A stretch of 63,876 nt of DNA, counting the filler, from an uncultured Rhodopirellula sp. (lineage in GTDB: Bacteria; Planctomycetota; Planctomycetia; Pirellulales; Pirellulaceae): the NCBI GenBank assembly GCA_964007735.1. It is 3 parts of 3 records of this genome, joined end to end, with 100 filler letters (N's around TTAATTAATTAA, not from the genome) between each part and the next. Parts side by side here need not be neighbours in the genome. Positions count along the whole stretch, not along the records: positions 1 to 29,237 come from CAXGAI010000052.1; 2 more parts are not named here. One strand, written 5' to 3'. The notes under the pieces were generated by a model that made no database searches, was not told the origin of the DNA, and saw nothing but the letters and a program-made list of their open reading frames with translations. Below are positions 1 through 8,947 of this stretch, one piece after another. The translations under genes were made by a program, and so were the position numbers. How positions within the stretch are numbered: position 1 is the stretch's first letter; each line of letters starts with the position of its first letter.

Positions 1-1099
1 AAATGCAGGGCAGTATTAAAATTGCGCCGACGATGATGCGTTTGCGTTTGGAATCCTTAAGCCATGACCGATAGTGGTAATAGGTTATCGAACAGGCAAT
101 CACCATCGCCGGAATACTCAAAAGCATATAGTGATGGAACGGACGGGCACGAAATTGCAACAAGGTTGCCAGGATTGCGACGAGTGAGAATCCGATCAAA
201 CGCCAGGATGGTTGGTTGGTTGTGGGGTTCGTACTTATCCAGCGTTTACGTCCAAGAAACAAAACGCTGGCAATCGAGATGGTAATCCAAAGCGATTCGT
301 CATGTCGAACCTGAGTGTAGAGATTGAGCAGCCACGATTGTTCCGTTCCGTATTGCCCGGCTGTTTTTACACCCATGACTAAGGGACTTAGGCCATTACC
401 CTGGCCCAGCACTAACAAGACTAAAGTTATCCCTGCGGTAACTGGAACGAATAGCAGATGTTTCCAGACATGAGGCTTATTAGTTTTCTGAAGTTGCTCG
501 GCAATTAGGTATGCAAAACCAAGACTGAGTAATCCCGCTTGTTGCTTGGTGAAGACAGTGAACCCGATTGCCGCACCAAACAGGCCTATCCTCCACAGAG
601 GTTGGTGGTGATCAAGAGGCTGACCGCGCCAAAGAAGTAGCCCAATAAGCCAGGGCGCGACGGCCAGACTTTCTGTGACACCGGTTAGCCCATCAAATTT
701 AGTGAGCAGCACAAATGTCCAGAAGATACTGAAGAGAGTCAGGACTTTGCAGTCGGTGTGTTGGCGGACAATCCACCCGGTTAACAAGCATACAGCAATT
801 AAAGCCAGTTGAAAAAATGACTGTAACGCTGGTAATTCCTGACCGACGAGTCGCATCACCGATGTCCAGAAAACATAAACACCAGGAAAATAACTATACG
901 CATTCTCAGCGACGGGATGACTGTTAACCATGTCCCGGCTATAGCACAGGTAATAATACCAATCGACGCCACCTACCATGACGCGACTAATCATGAGGTA
1001 TCGGATACATGAGAAGATTGCTGCCATGCTCAGCAGCGTGATTAGAGTTTTGGTATAGGCCTGTTGGTATTTCCAGGCTTGGCTTGGCGGATGACTCAT
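1..1099 (-). CDS. Polytopic membrane protein, probable GT-C fold (ArnT/PMT-like) glycosyltransferase; 3'-partial, runs off the window
   Basis: Absent from the ORF track because there is no stop in the window. Manual translation from ATG 1099 (alternative ATG 1108) is open to base 1: MSHPPSQAWKYQQAYTKTLITLLSMAAIFSCIRYLMISRVMVGGVDWYYYLCYSRD...YSYFPGVYVFW...GVTESLAVAPW...FTVFTKQQAG...RPFHHYMLLSIP. It has many hydrophobic helices, an Asp after TM1, and KQ and HY motifs typical of GT-C enzymes. Confidence 0.7.
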   Translation of the reverse strand, partial: MSHPPSQAWKYQQAYTKTLITLLSMAAIFSCIRYLMISRVMVGGVDWYYYLCYSRDMVNSHPVAENAYSYFPGVYVFWTSVMRLVGQELPALQSFFQLALIAVCLLTGWIVRQHTDCKVLTLFSIFWTFVLLTKFDGLTGVTESLAVAPWLIGLLLWRGQPLDHHQPLWRIGLFGAAIGFTVFTKQQAGLLSLGFAYLIAEQLQKTNKPHVWKHLLFVPVTAGITLVLLVLGQGNGLSPLVMGVKTAGQYGTEQSWLLNLYTQVRHDESLWITISIASVLFLGRKRWISTNPTTNQPSWRLIGFSLVAILATLLQFRARPFHHYMLLSIPAMVIACSITYYHYRSWLKDSKRKRIIVGAILILPCI

Positions 1100-1424
1100 C
1101 CTCAACATGGGAAAGAAAAGCAGGAGACTGGCTACCGAGATCACTACCGCTTCGAGAGTAGTTGTTCCTTTCGAGGTAAATGTATGTAGCGCTGCAACGA
1201 CTCCGAACGTAAGCAGAGCGCAGATTACTCCCATCCATTGAAAACGAGTTCTTGGTCTGGGGGATTCGTTTGAGTTCATACTTGATATATCGTAGCAAAT
1301 GCCGGCTGAAACCAGCATCTATTACAAGTTCTTTCTGATCCGATGGTTGGTTTTAACTTTCTGCTTGAGCTAATATGGAGAAGTATTTTTCATATTCATC
1401 AGGACATTGGTCAAGGATCTACGA

Positions 1425-2405
1425 ATGACATTCAACCGACGAGAGTTCCTTCAAACAACAACGGCGGCTGTCGCAGCAGCCTCCGTACCGTCGCTGCCAG
1501 CAACTGCTCAGGCCGCCGCGAAAAATCTTCCTATTATCGACACGCATCAGCATTTGTGGGATCTGGACTTGTTCCAACCGCCGTGGCTTTCCGGAGCACC
1601 GGAGGTACTGGCTCGAAGTTACGTTACCAGTGATTATAAGAAAGCAACACGTGCTGTAAATCTGGCCAAAGCGGTCTATATGGAAGTGGATGTGAACCCT
1701 GAGAATCAGGTGAAAGAGGCAGAGCACTTAATTGCATTGTCGAAAGATCGTCGTCACCCGACAGTCGCCGCGGTAATTTCAGGGCGCCCTGGTAAAGAGA
1801 GTTTTGCGCCCTATATTTCTCAGTTTAAAGACAGTAAATATATCAAGGGAGTTCGCCAGGTCTTGCACGTGGACTCCGCTCCGCAAGGACTTTGTCTGAA
1901 TGATCAATATGTGAAGTCAGTTCAATTATTGGGCAGCATGGGTAAAAGTTTTGACCTCTGCATGCGACCAACCGAATTAGCTGATGGTGCAGCTCTGGCC
2001 GATAAAGCTCCGGATACACGATTGATTGTCGACCATTGCGGTAACGCAGATCCGAAGGCCTGGTTGAAAGATCCCGTTGAGGAACCATGGCATGAAGTCG
2101 ACCAGTGGAAGCGTGATATTGATCTGTTGGCAACGAAGGAAAATGTTATTTGTAAGATTTCAGGGATTGTTGCTCGAGCTCCGAAAGACAATTGGGGAGC
2201 TGCAACACTGGCTCCAATCATTAATCATTGCTTAGGGGCATTTGGGCCAGACCGAGTGGTGTTTGGTGGTGACTGGCCAGTTTGTCGCCTTGTTGCGAAT
2301 TACAAACAGTGGGTGGATGCCTTGAAAGAAGTGATTTCAGAACGACCCTACGAAGAGCAATTAAAATTGCTGCACAACAATGCTGAGCGCCTCTACAATA
2401 TTTAA
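1425..2405 (+). CDS. Amidohydrolase_2 family protein (L-fucono-1,5-lactonase-like) with Tat signal peptide
   Basis: NRREFL twin-arginine signal, IIDTHQHLWD (HxH), DHCGN and FGGDWPV motifs. ATG 1425 is preceded by AAGGA; the ORF track starts at 1407. Confidence 0.85.
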   Translation: MTFNRREFLQTTTAAVAAASVPSLPATAQAAAKNLPIIDTHQHLWDLDLFQPPWLSGAPEVLARSYVTSDYKKATRAVNLAKAVYMEVDVNPENQVKEAEHLIALSKDRRHPTVAAVISGRPGKESFAPYISQFKDSKYIKGVRQVLHVDSAPQGLCLNDQYVKSVQLLGSMGKSFDLCMRPTELADGAALADKAPDTRLIVDHCGNADPKAWLKDPVEEPWHEVDQWKRDIDLLATKENVICKISGIVARAPKDNWGAATLAPIINHCLGAFGPDRVVFGGDWPVCRLVANYKQWVDALKEVISERPYEEQLKLLHNNAERLYNI

Positions 2406-2434
2406 CCTTCTGAAATGGAAGGTTCTCCTAATTT

Positions 2435-2469
2435 AAAAAGCCCCGTCATGATTCATGGCGGGGCTTTTT
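2435..2469 (+). terminator. Intrinsic, potentially bidirectional terminator
   Basis: AAAAAGCCCCGTCATG-ATT-CATGGCGGGGCTTTTT stem-loop with A and T tracts, 30 nt after the stop codon. Confidence 0.85.
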
Positions 2470-2578
2470 CTTTTCTTGTTGTAGTATCCAATGCTATTGC
2501 CACAGACCGCAAATTCCCGCTATTCTCCAGCTCGCCAATAGTATAGTTCACTTCGTTTTATAGCTGATTGTTTAAACA

Positions 2579-3730
2579 ATGAATATGAATCGTCCTGTAC
2601 CTTTGCTGGATGTTCCTCGAAGTAATGCTCCGATGCGGGAGGAGTTTCTAGAGGCTCTGGCAAAAGTTGTTGATTCCGGTCGTTTTCTCTTTGGACCGGA
2701 TGTAAAAAAACTCGAAGAGGAATGTGCTCGCTGGTCCAATACCCGATTTGGGATTGGATGTGCATCTGGAAGTGATGCAATCCTTTTAGCCTTAATGGCT
2801 GCGGGCCTGCGAGAAGGGGACGAAGTCATTTGTCCAAGCTTTACATTTTTCGCCACTGCCAGTGCTGTTAGTCGTCTTGGAGGGGTGCCAGTTTTTGTCG
2901 ATATTGATCCTGTAACCTTCAACATCGACCCGAAGGCACTTGAAGCAGCAATTACCGAAAAGACAAAGGCCGTGATTCCGGTCCACTTGTTTGGACAATG
3001 TGCAGACATGGATGAGATTATGACGATTTGCGATGAGCATGGACTTGTCGTCGTCGAGGATGCTGCCCAGTCGATTGGAGCTAATATCAATGGGCGGCCT
3101 GCCGGAGCGTGGGGCCATTTCGGTTGTATAAGCTTCTATCCCACCAAGAATCTTGGAGGAATGGGTGACGGTGGTATGGTTGTTACTAATGATGAAGAGC
3201 TGGAAGATCGGGTGCGTTTGTATTCCGGACACGGGATGCGACCTCGGTATTATCATCAAGTCATTGGTATTAACAGTCGTTTGGATTCGATGCAGGCTGC
3301 TGTGCTGAACGTAAAAATCAGCTATCTGGATGATGCCGTTGCTGGTCGGCAGAGAAATGCCAAATTGTATCAGCAATTGTTTTCTCAGTCAGGCTTGGCT
3401 AATGAAATCACTTTGCCAGTTGCACGATTTGGGGACGGGCATGTCTGGAATCAGTACACCATCCGAGTGCACAGCGAAAAGCGAGACGAGTTGAAAGCGT
3501 TTCTTGCTGAAAAGAACATTGGTAGTGAAATTTATTACCCAGTTCCATTGCACATGCAGAAATGCTTCCAGCCTCTGGGATACCAAGCGGAAGATCTGCC
3601 TGAAACGTTAAAGGCTTCCCAGGAAGTGTTAAGCTTACCGATCTTTCCAGAGCTAGAAGCCGGGGAAGTTAAGATTGTCGTTGACAGCGTGAAGCAGTTT
3701 TTTGCGATGTCACAACGACGAGCGGCTTAA
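2579..3730 (+). CDS. DegT/DnrJ/EryC1/StrS family PLP-dependent sugar aminotransferase
   Basis: SGSDA, VHLFGQ, VEDAAQ, SFYPTKNLG (PLP lysine) and NSRLD motifs. Confidence 0.93.
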   Translation: MNMNRPVPLLDVPRSNAPMREEFLEALAKVVDSGRFLFGPDVKKLEEECARWSNTRFGIGCASGSDAILLALMAAGLREGDEVICPSFTFFATASAVSRLGGVPVFVDIDPVTFNIDPKALEAAITEKTKAVIPVHLFGQCADMDEIMTICDEHGLVVVEDAAQSIGANINGRPAGAWGHFGCISFYPTKNLGGMGDGGMVVTNDEELEDRVRLYSGHGMRPRYYHQVIGINSRLDSMQAAVLNVKISYLDDAVAGRQRNAKLYQQLFSQSGLANEITLPVARFGDGHVWNQYTIRVHSEKRDELKAFLAEKNIGSEIYYPVPLHMQKCFQPLGYQAEDLPETLKASQEVLSLPIFPELEAGEVKIVVDSVKQFFAMSQRRAA

Positions 3731-3785
3731 TGACTTACCAAAACTACCGATCAGCAGATTTTAGCTAAGCCTCGATTGGCTAGAC

Positions 3786-5147
3786 TTAGTGGGAATCTGC
3801 TTTTTTAATGATGGCAGCTAATTCCGTGGCAGCGTTCGCGATTAAGTGTTCTGTGCTTTGGCCCGTCTTTAAATCTTTGATTTGCAGCGCGTCACGCGAC
3901 AGTTCATCCTCACCGGCGATAATTGCGTAATCAAATCCACGAGCATCCGCATATTTGAGCTGCTGACCGAGCTTTTTGGTATCCGGATAAAGTTCGACTT
4001 TAATGCCAGCAGTTCGCAAACTAGCCGCAATCTCCAGATACTTGCCAAGAGAGCCTTTATCGAAGTACGTGACCAGTACATCTGCCGGAGTCTTGACCTT
4101 GGTGATCATGTTCAATTCTTCCATCGCAGCTAGTAAACGATCTAAGCCAAGGGAAGCACCGATTCCGGGAAGTTGACGTTTCGTGTAAAGTTCAGCGAGG
4201 TTGTCATAGCGTCCGCCGCTACATACCGAACCGATGTTAGGCAAGTCATCTAAAAATGTTTCAAAGATAGCTCCCGTGTAATAGTCGAGTCCGCGTGCAA
4301 TGGAAACGTCTAGTTTGATTCGTTCCGACGGCACGCCTCCCGACTGCAGACCTGCCAGAATTTGCTCGAGTCGCTCTACACCGGCCTCACCCAATTCACT
4401 GCCTCTGACAAGGGGCTTTAGTTGTGTAAGGATTTCTTGGTCGGTGCCTTCGAGAGTAGCCATGGTCAGCACACTACGGGCTTGTTCTTCCGTTGTCCCC
4501 GCGGTCGCTATCATCTCGGCCACGACTTTGTCTTCACCGGTTTTCGCGAGTTTGTCGAGGCTGCGAAGGACGGGTGTGGCTTGCTCTGAAAGTCCTTGTT
4601 TCTCCAGAAGTCCGTTGAGTACTTGGCGGTTGTTAATGTGGATTGTGAAACGTTCAAATCCAATGGCTGACAAGAGTGCATTGATAACGAGTCCGGTTTC
4701 GATGTCAGCCGCTACCGAGAGTGTACCAATCGTATCGAAATCACATTGCATGAATTCTCGATAACGTCCACGTTGCGTATTTTCACCCCGCCAGACCGGT
4801 GCGATGTGGTAACGCTTAAACGGAGTGCCGAGTTCATTGATGTGTTGGGCTACAAATCGGGCCAGTGGCACCGTCAAGTCAAACCGCATACCCACATCAC
4901 GTTTACCGTGATCCTGGAATTTGTAGAGTTGTCGATCGGTTTCGTCACTGCCTTTACCGGTCAGAATTTCGAGATATTCTAGTGTTGGAGTATCGATCGG
5001 GCTAAAGCCAAAACTGCGATAGACTTCTCGTGCAATCTGAATCAAGCGTTCACGTGGAATCATGGATTCCGGGAGATAATCCCGGAATCCTTTTAAGGTC
5101 CGTGGTTGGATGAGTTGAGGTTTTTTAGGTTTATCTGAATCGCTCAT
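3786..5147 (-). CDS. hisS: Histidine--tRNA ligase
   Basis: KGFRDYLP, RFDLTVPLAR, WRGENTQRGRYREFMQCDFD, ARGLDYYTG and GGRYDNL motifs plus a C-terminal anticodon-binding domain. Confidence 0.97.
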   Translation of the reverse strand: MSDSDKPKKPQLIQPRTLKGFRDYLPESMIPRERLIQIAREVYRSFGFSPIDTPTLEYLEILTGKGSDETDRQLYKFQDHGKRDVGMRFDLTVPLARFVAQHINELGTPFKRYHIAPVWRGENTQRGRYREFMQCDFDTIGTLSVAADIETGLVINALLSAIGFERFTIHINNRQVLNGLLEKQGLSEQATPVLRSLDKLAKTGEDKVVAEMIATAGTTEEQARSVLTMATLEGTDQEILTQLKPLVRGSELGEAGVERLEQILAGLQSGGVPSERIKLDVSIARGLDYYTGAIFETFLDDLPNIGSVCSGGRYDNLAELYTKRQLPGIGASLGLDRLLAAMEELNMITKVKTPADVLVTYFDKGSLGKYLEIAASLRTAGIKVELYPDTKKLGQQLKYADARGFDYAIIAGEDELSRDALQIKDLKTGQSTEHLIANAATELAAIIKKADSH

Positions 5148-5156
5148 GATCGGCCG

Positions 5157-5591
5157 TTAAGCAATGACAGGTAGAGGGTTGGGTTGAGGACTGCGAATAC
5201 TACCATTGTTCTTTGTCTGCAGGACAGCTTCAGCATACTCGTGAACCTGTTCTGGAGTTTCGAAGTAACGGTCGTAAGTCCAGTCGTCTTCGTATTCACA
5301 GTTTTCGGTTGTGTAATCACGACAGATTTGAGGACGTGTTTCGTAAATTCCACAGAGATTGTCATCGCGGAGGTGACGGCAATCCGTATGGATCATGATG
5401 TACCATTCATCATTGTCCGTGAAAATGCTGGCTCGGTCATGGACTAAATACCAGCGTAAAAAGTCGAAGTCCTCAGCATCCTCCGGTGTTTCGATAGGTA
5501 ATGCAAAGTAACGGCAACATTTGGCGGTACAGTATTCACAGAGTACCTCCCCCTCTTTCAGTTCTTCACGCGTCGGTTTGTTACGAATCAT
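5157..5591 (-). CDS. YkgJ family Cys-cluster (CxxCxxxCC) putative Fe-S/Zn protein
   Basis: LCEYCTAKCC...CRHL...CGIYETRPQICRDY. The start overlaps the stop of the upstream PII-like gene. Confidence 0.85.
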   Translation of the reverse strand: MIRNKPTREELKEGEVLCEYCTAKCCRYFALPIETPEDAEDFDFLRWYLVHDRASIFTDNDEWYIMIHTDCRHLRDDNLCGIYETRPQICRDYTTENCEYEDDWTYDRYFETPEQVHEYAEAVLQTKNNGSIRSPQPNPLPVIA

Positions 5592-5925
5592 TGGTTTGAG
5601 GGATTGAATTAGAGGGGGGGGCAGTGGTGCCGTCGGTGGCTGGCATTATGAAGATTTTACCGTCTCCCATTCTTCCAGTCCGGGCGATATCGGAAATCTT
5701 CTGAACTATCTCGTCAACTCGTGTTTCATCCACCCAGAGTGTAATTTCCACTTTAGGCAGAAAGGCCGTTGCATATTCATTATCGTTGTATTCGTGAAGG
5801 CGTTCCTTTTGACGGCCGTACCCTTTGACTTCACGAACATTAAGTGCTTCTAGCGGGGCACGCTTCAGACCGTCGAGAACTTTTTCAGCGAGGAAAGGTC
5901 GAACGATGGCGACAATTTGTTTCAT
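5581..5925 (-). CDS. P-II family signal transduction protein, variant lacking the C-terminal RIRTGE motif
   Basis: AIVRPF, EVKGYGRQK, EY...FLPKV and B-loop RTGRMGDGKIF align with GlnB/GlnK. Confidence 0.88.
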   Translation of the reverse strand: MKQIVAIVRPFLAEKVLDGLKRAPLEALNVREVKGYGRQKERLHEYNDNEYATAFLPKVEITLWVDETRVDEIVQKISDIARTGRMGDGKIFIMPATDGTTAPPSNSIPQTNDS

Positions 5926-5967
5926 CGTCGTGTTCCTCTATGTGACGCCGAAACGGAAATGGCAGAA

Positions 5968-6360
5968 CTAGCTAAAAAAGTTCTCTCCAAACAGATTTAC
6001 TTCAGGACCTGTCTCCACGGTCACATCACCCGTGACTTTGCATTGGCATGCAAGGCGGGTTTCCTCTGGATTATCTAGATAAGCCAAGGCCGGAAGTGGA
6101 TCAGGGAACGGAAGGTTGAAGCATTTCTTCTCCCAAATCGTTTGTGTATTCGTGTTTTCACCATGCCCCTCGGTAACAAACACTCGACAGGTACCGCACT
6201 GGCCCAGTCCATGACAGTTAATGTACTTGTTCAGTGTTGCACCAATCCCATTGATACCTTGATTGGTATTAATACTCAGCAATTTAGCCGCATCGCGAAT
6301 CGTCGTACCTTCAGGTACGCTAACTTCTTGATTTTCTTTCGAGAATTTAACTTTCGGCAT
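5968..6360 (-). CDS. 2Fe-2S ferredoxin
   Basis: CHGLGQCGTC...RLACQ plant/adrenodoxin-type Cys pattern. Confidence 0.88.
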   Translation of the reverse strand: MPKVKFSKENQEVSVPEGTTIRDAAKLLSINTNQGINGIGATLNKYINCHGLGQCGTCRVFVTEGHGENTNTQTIWEKKCFNLPFPDPLPALAYLDNPEETRLACQCKVTGDVTVETGPEVNLFGENFFS

Positions 6361-6557
6361 CGGTGTAAACCCTGTGATTGGTCGAGGATATAAATTAGTT
6401 GCCCCCCAAACACAAATCGTATCGAATAGTTTGGGGGTCCTTATTTAACCTATATGCCTTATTATGGCAATCGCGTTGGAATAAGGAAGTGGATGCAACC
6501 AAAGAAACAGGGGAATTTGTCCTTGGGGCAATTGAATTAGAGGGATGACAAGACAGA

Positions 6558-6818
6558 ATGGCTGAACGTTCCAACTATCAAAACAAAGTTATTAAGAACT
6601 ATTACGACAATCGTGAAAATATTGCCTTACAGCGATGTCAGGAGATAGTGACCGAACTTTATCTGGCAGAAGGTAAAAAAAGGCAGAGACAATGGGACCT
6701 GTTGGCTACGCATCTCGAGAAACTCGAAGTCCCTCAGGCTACGATCGAACATTTAAGAAGTCAAAATAGTATAGAAGTCGTGGCCAATTTTGTGACTAAC
6801 CTTTCCAAAGGTCGATAA
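6558..6818 (+). CDS. Small helical hypothetical protein
   Basis: Clean 86-aa ORF heading a run of closely spaced + strand genes; GAGGGA upstream. Confidence 0.7.
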   Translation: MAERSNYQNKVIKNYYDNRENIALQRCQEIVTELYLAEGKKRQRQWDLLATHLEKLEVPQATIEHLRSQNSIEVVANFVTNLSKGR

Positions 6819-6828
6819 GGAGTCGTCG

Positions 6829-8034
6829 TTGGCAAAGTCATTTTGGAGTTTCGGAAGCCCCGGACAATTGGTGTTTGGCCGTAAGTCCGTCAAACAGCTA
6901 TCTAGACTGGTTTCGCGGTTTGCTTGGCGAAGAGCATTGATTATTACCGACCGGAATCTATTAGATGCCGGCGTGGTGACATCGGTGCAACAAGCATTAG
7001 GCGATGGCGGTGCGACGGTCGAAGTGTTTAGTGAGGGTGAACCGGAACCTTCGATTGCAATTGCTGAAGTAAGTTTGAAATGTGCAATGGATTTTGCGCC
7101 GGATGTACTTATTGGGGTTGGCGGTGGATCAAATTTGGATTTATCGAAAAATACAGCGGCGGCATTTACTCATAATGGGCACCCGTCTGAGTACTTTGGC
7201 TTTGATAAAGTACCAGGACCAACATTGCCGTTGGTCTGTATTCCCACGACCGCCGGTACCGGCAGTGAAGTTTCACATTCGATGGTGTTAACCGATGCTG
7301 ACCAGAAAATTAAGATCTCCGGGCAAAGCGATTATTTCCGACCGGACTGGGCGATTGTTGATCCGGAACTTACGTACTCCTGCCCCCGTCAGGTAGCGGC
7401 AGATAGTGGCATCGATGCCCTGACGCACGCTATCGAAGCGATGACGACAGTTGATTTTGATCAGTTAGAAGTTCCGCCCGGTGAGACTTGCGCTTATGAA
7501 GGGCGAAATGTATTGACGACGACACTTGCCGAGCGAGCCGTTCGGATTTGTGGTCGTTATCTTGAGCCAGCTGTATTGGAGCCTGCTAATTATGAGGCCA
7601 AAGATCAGATGGCTTTGGCGGCGACGCTGGCGGGAATGGCATTTTCCAATAGTGGTGTCGCCTTGGTACATGCTCTGGAGTATCCGATGGGCGGTGAACT
7701 GCACTGTTCTCACGGACTTGGCAATGGCTTGCTACTGCCTTACGTCATGAATTTCAATCTCGAGGCAAGGCGCAAGACCTTTGCTAAAATCGCTGGCTTG
7801 TTGGAGGCGGGGACAGAGCATCCAGACAGAATGGAAGCAGAAGATGCCGTGAAAGCTATCGAAAGATTGCGAGAGTCGATTGGCATTCCTCACCGGATAA
7901 GAGATATTGGTGGTAAGGAAGAACAGTTGCATTCATTCACTGAAAAGGCGATGAAGATTCAACGGCTGTTTTGGCTTAACCCACGGTCAGCATCTTATGA
8001 CGACATTTACCAAATCTATCATGCGGCTTTTTAA
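6829..8034 (+). CDS. Iron-containing alcohol dehydrogenase family protein
   Basis: GGGSNLD, PTTAGTGSE, DALTHAIEA, LVHALEY and SHG metal ligands; AAGGAG precedes the TTG start. Confidence 0.92.
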   Translation: MAKSFWSFGSPGQLVFGRKSVKQLSRLVSRFAWRRALIITDRNLLDAGVVTSVQQALGDGGATVEVFSEGEPEPSIAIAEVSLKCAMDFAPDVLIGVGGGSNLDLSKNTAAAFTHNGHPSEYFGFDKVPGPTLPLVCIPTTAGTGSEVSHSMVLTDADQKIKISGQSDYFRPDWAIVDPELTYSCPRQVAADSGIDALTHAIEAMTTVDFDQLEVPPGETCAYEGRNVLTTTLAERAVRICGRYLEPAVLEPANYEAKDQMALAATLAGMAFSNSGVALVHALEYPMGGELHCSHGLGNGLLLPYVMNFNLEARRKTFAKIAGLLEAGTEHPDRMEAEDAVKAIERLRESIGIPHRIRDIGGKEEQLHSFTEKAMKIQRLFWLNPRSASYDDIYQIYHAAF

Positions 8035-8923
8035 TGTTGCCATGCTTTTAGCTGTTGTATCAGTACGTGCAGATGGGCAGGTCGTTACTCATCCACCCAA
8101 CGACATTCGCAGTGTCGCTCAGGATGTTGCTGTTCCACCCATGGTCCACTCGTTGCCTGCACCGGGTATTCGTGTTTGTGAGACCCACCCAGATTATCGT
8201 CAGACGGAAGTATATCACGCCATCTATCTTCCAACAGAATGGTACGAGGGTGGGGAATATCCAGTGATTGTTGAGTTTGCTGGAAATGGTCCGTATAGAA
8301 GTCCGTTTGGAGATGTAAGTACCGGGTTGGTGGAAGGTAGCCAAATGGGGATTGGTATTAGTCGTGGTGAGAAGTTTGTTTGGATCTGTATGCCTTACCT
8401 AAATAACGTGGGCACAAAAAATGTAACACAATGGTGGGGGAACCCCACTTCATATGATCCTCGCCCGACGGTGGAATATTGTAAGAAGACCGTAGATTGG
8501 ATTTGCAAAAAATATGGTGGTGATCGCAAGCGTATTCTTCTGGTAGGATTTTCGCGAGGCGCTATTGCCTGTAACTATCTGGGACTCTACGACGGTGAAA
8601 TTGCGAGGTTGTGGAAAGCGATGATTCCTTATAGCCACTATGACGGAGTGCGGCGATGGGGATTCCCGAAGAGCGATCTGGTTTCTGCTCGTTTACGACT
8701 TCAGCGACTGGGAGGGACGCCTCAGTTGATCTGCCATGAAGAGAATGGACGTTCAGGCTTGTCTGCGACGGAAGCGTATCTTCAGCGGACGGCGATCCCC
8801 GGAAACTTTACTTTTCTGTCAACGGGTTTTAGAAATCACAATGATGCCTGGATTTTGCGACCAAGCCCCGCTCGGGATAAATTAGATGACTGGGTACGCA
8901 AACATCTTCTGGACGACCAATGA
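8021..8923 (+). CDS. Exported alpha/beta-hydrolase-like protein
   Basis: Signal-like N-terminus (MRLFNVAMLLAVVSVRA), YLP/YPVIVE segments, GFSRG nucleophile elbow and late His (RNHND). The ORF track starts at 7997. Confidence 0.65.
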   Translation: MRLFNVAMLLAVVSVRADGQVVTHPPNDIRSVAQDVAVPPMVHSLPAPGIRVCETHPDYRQTEVYHAIYLPTEWYEGGEYPVIVEFAGNGPYRSPFGDVSTGLVEGSQMGIGISRGEKFVWICMPYLNNVGTKNVTQWWGNPTSYDPRPTVEYCKKTVDWICKKYGGDRKRILLVGFSRGAIACNYLGLYDGEIARLWKAMIPYSHYDGVRRWGFPKSDLVSARLRLQRLGGTPQLICHEENGRSGLSATEAYLQRTAIPGNFTFLSTGFRNHNDAWILRPSPARDKLDDWVRKHLLDDQ

Positions 8924-8947
8924 CGTGCTACTACGGAGGAGAGAAAA

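Noticed and set aside
64..1298. ORFs 64..285 (+) and 987..1298 (-)
   Set aside because: They are shadow frames overlapping the long - strand membrane-protein gene and have no recognisable motifs.
5614..5621. G8 tract as a frameshift hiding the PII RIRTGE C-terminus
   Set aside because: No alternative frame encodes RIRTGE, and the stop is coupled to the next gene's start.
6465..6479. TGGCAATCGCGTTGG as a sigma54 promoter
   Set aside because: The -12 dinucleotide is GG rather than the near-invariant GC.
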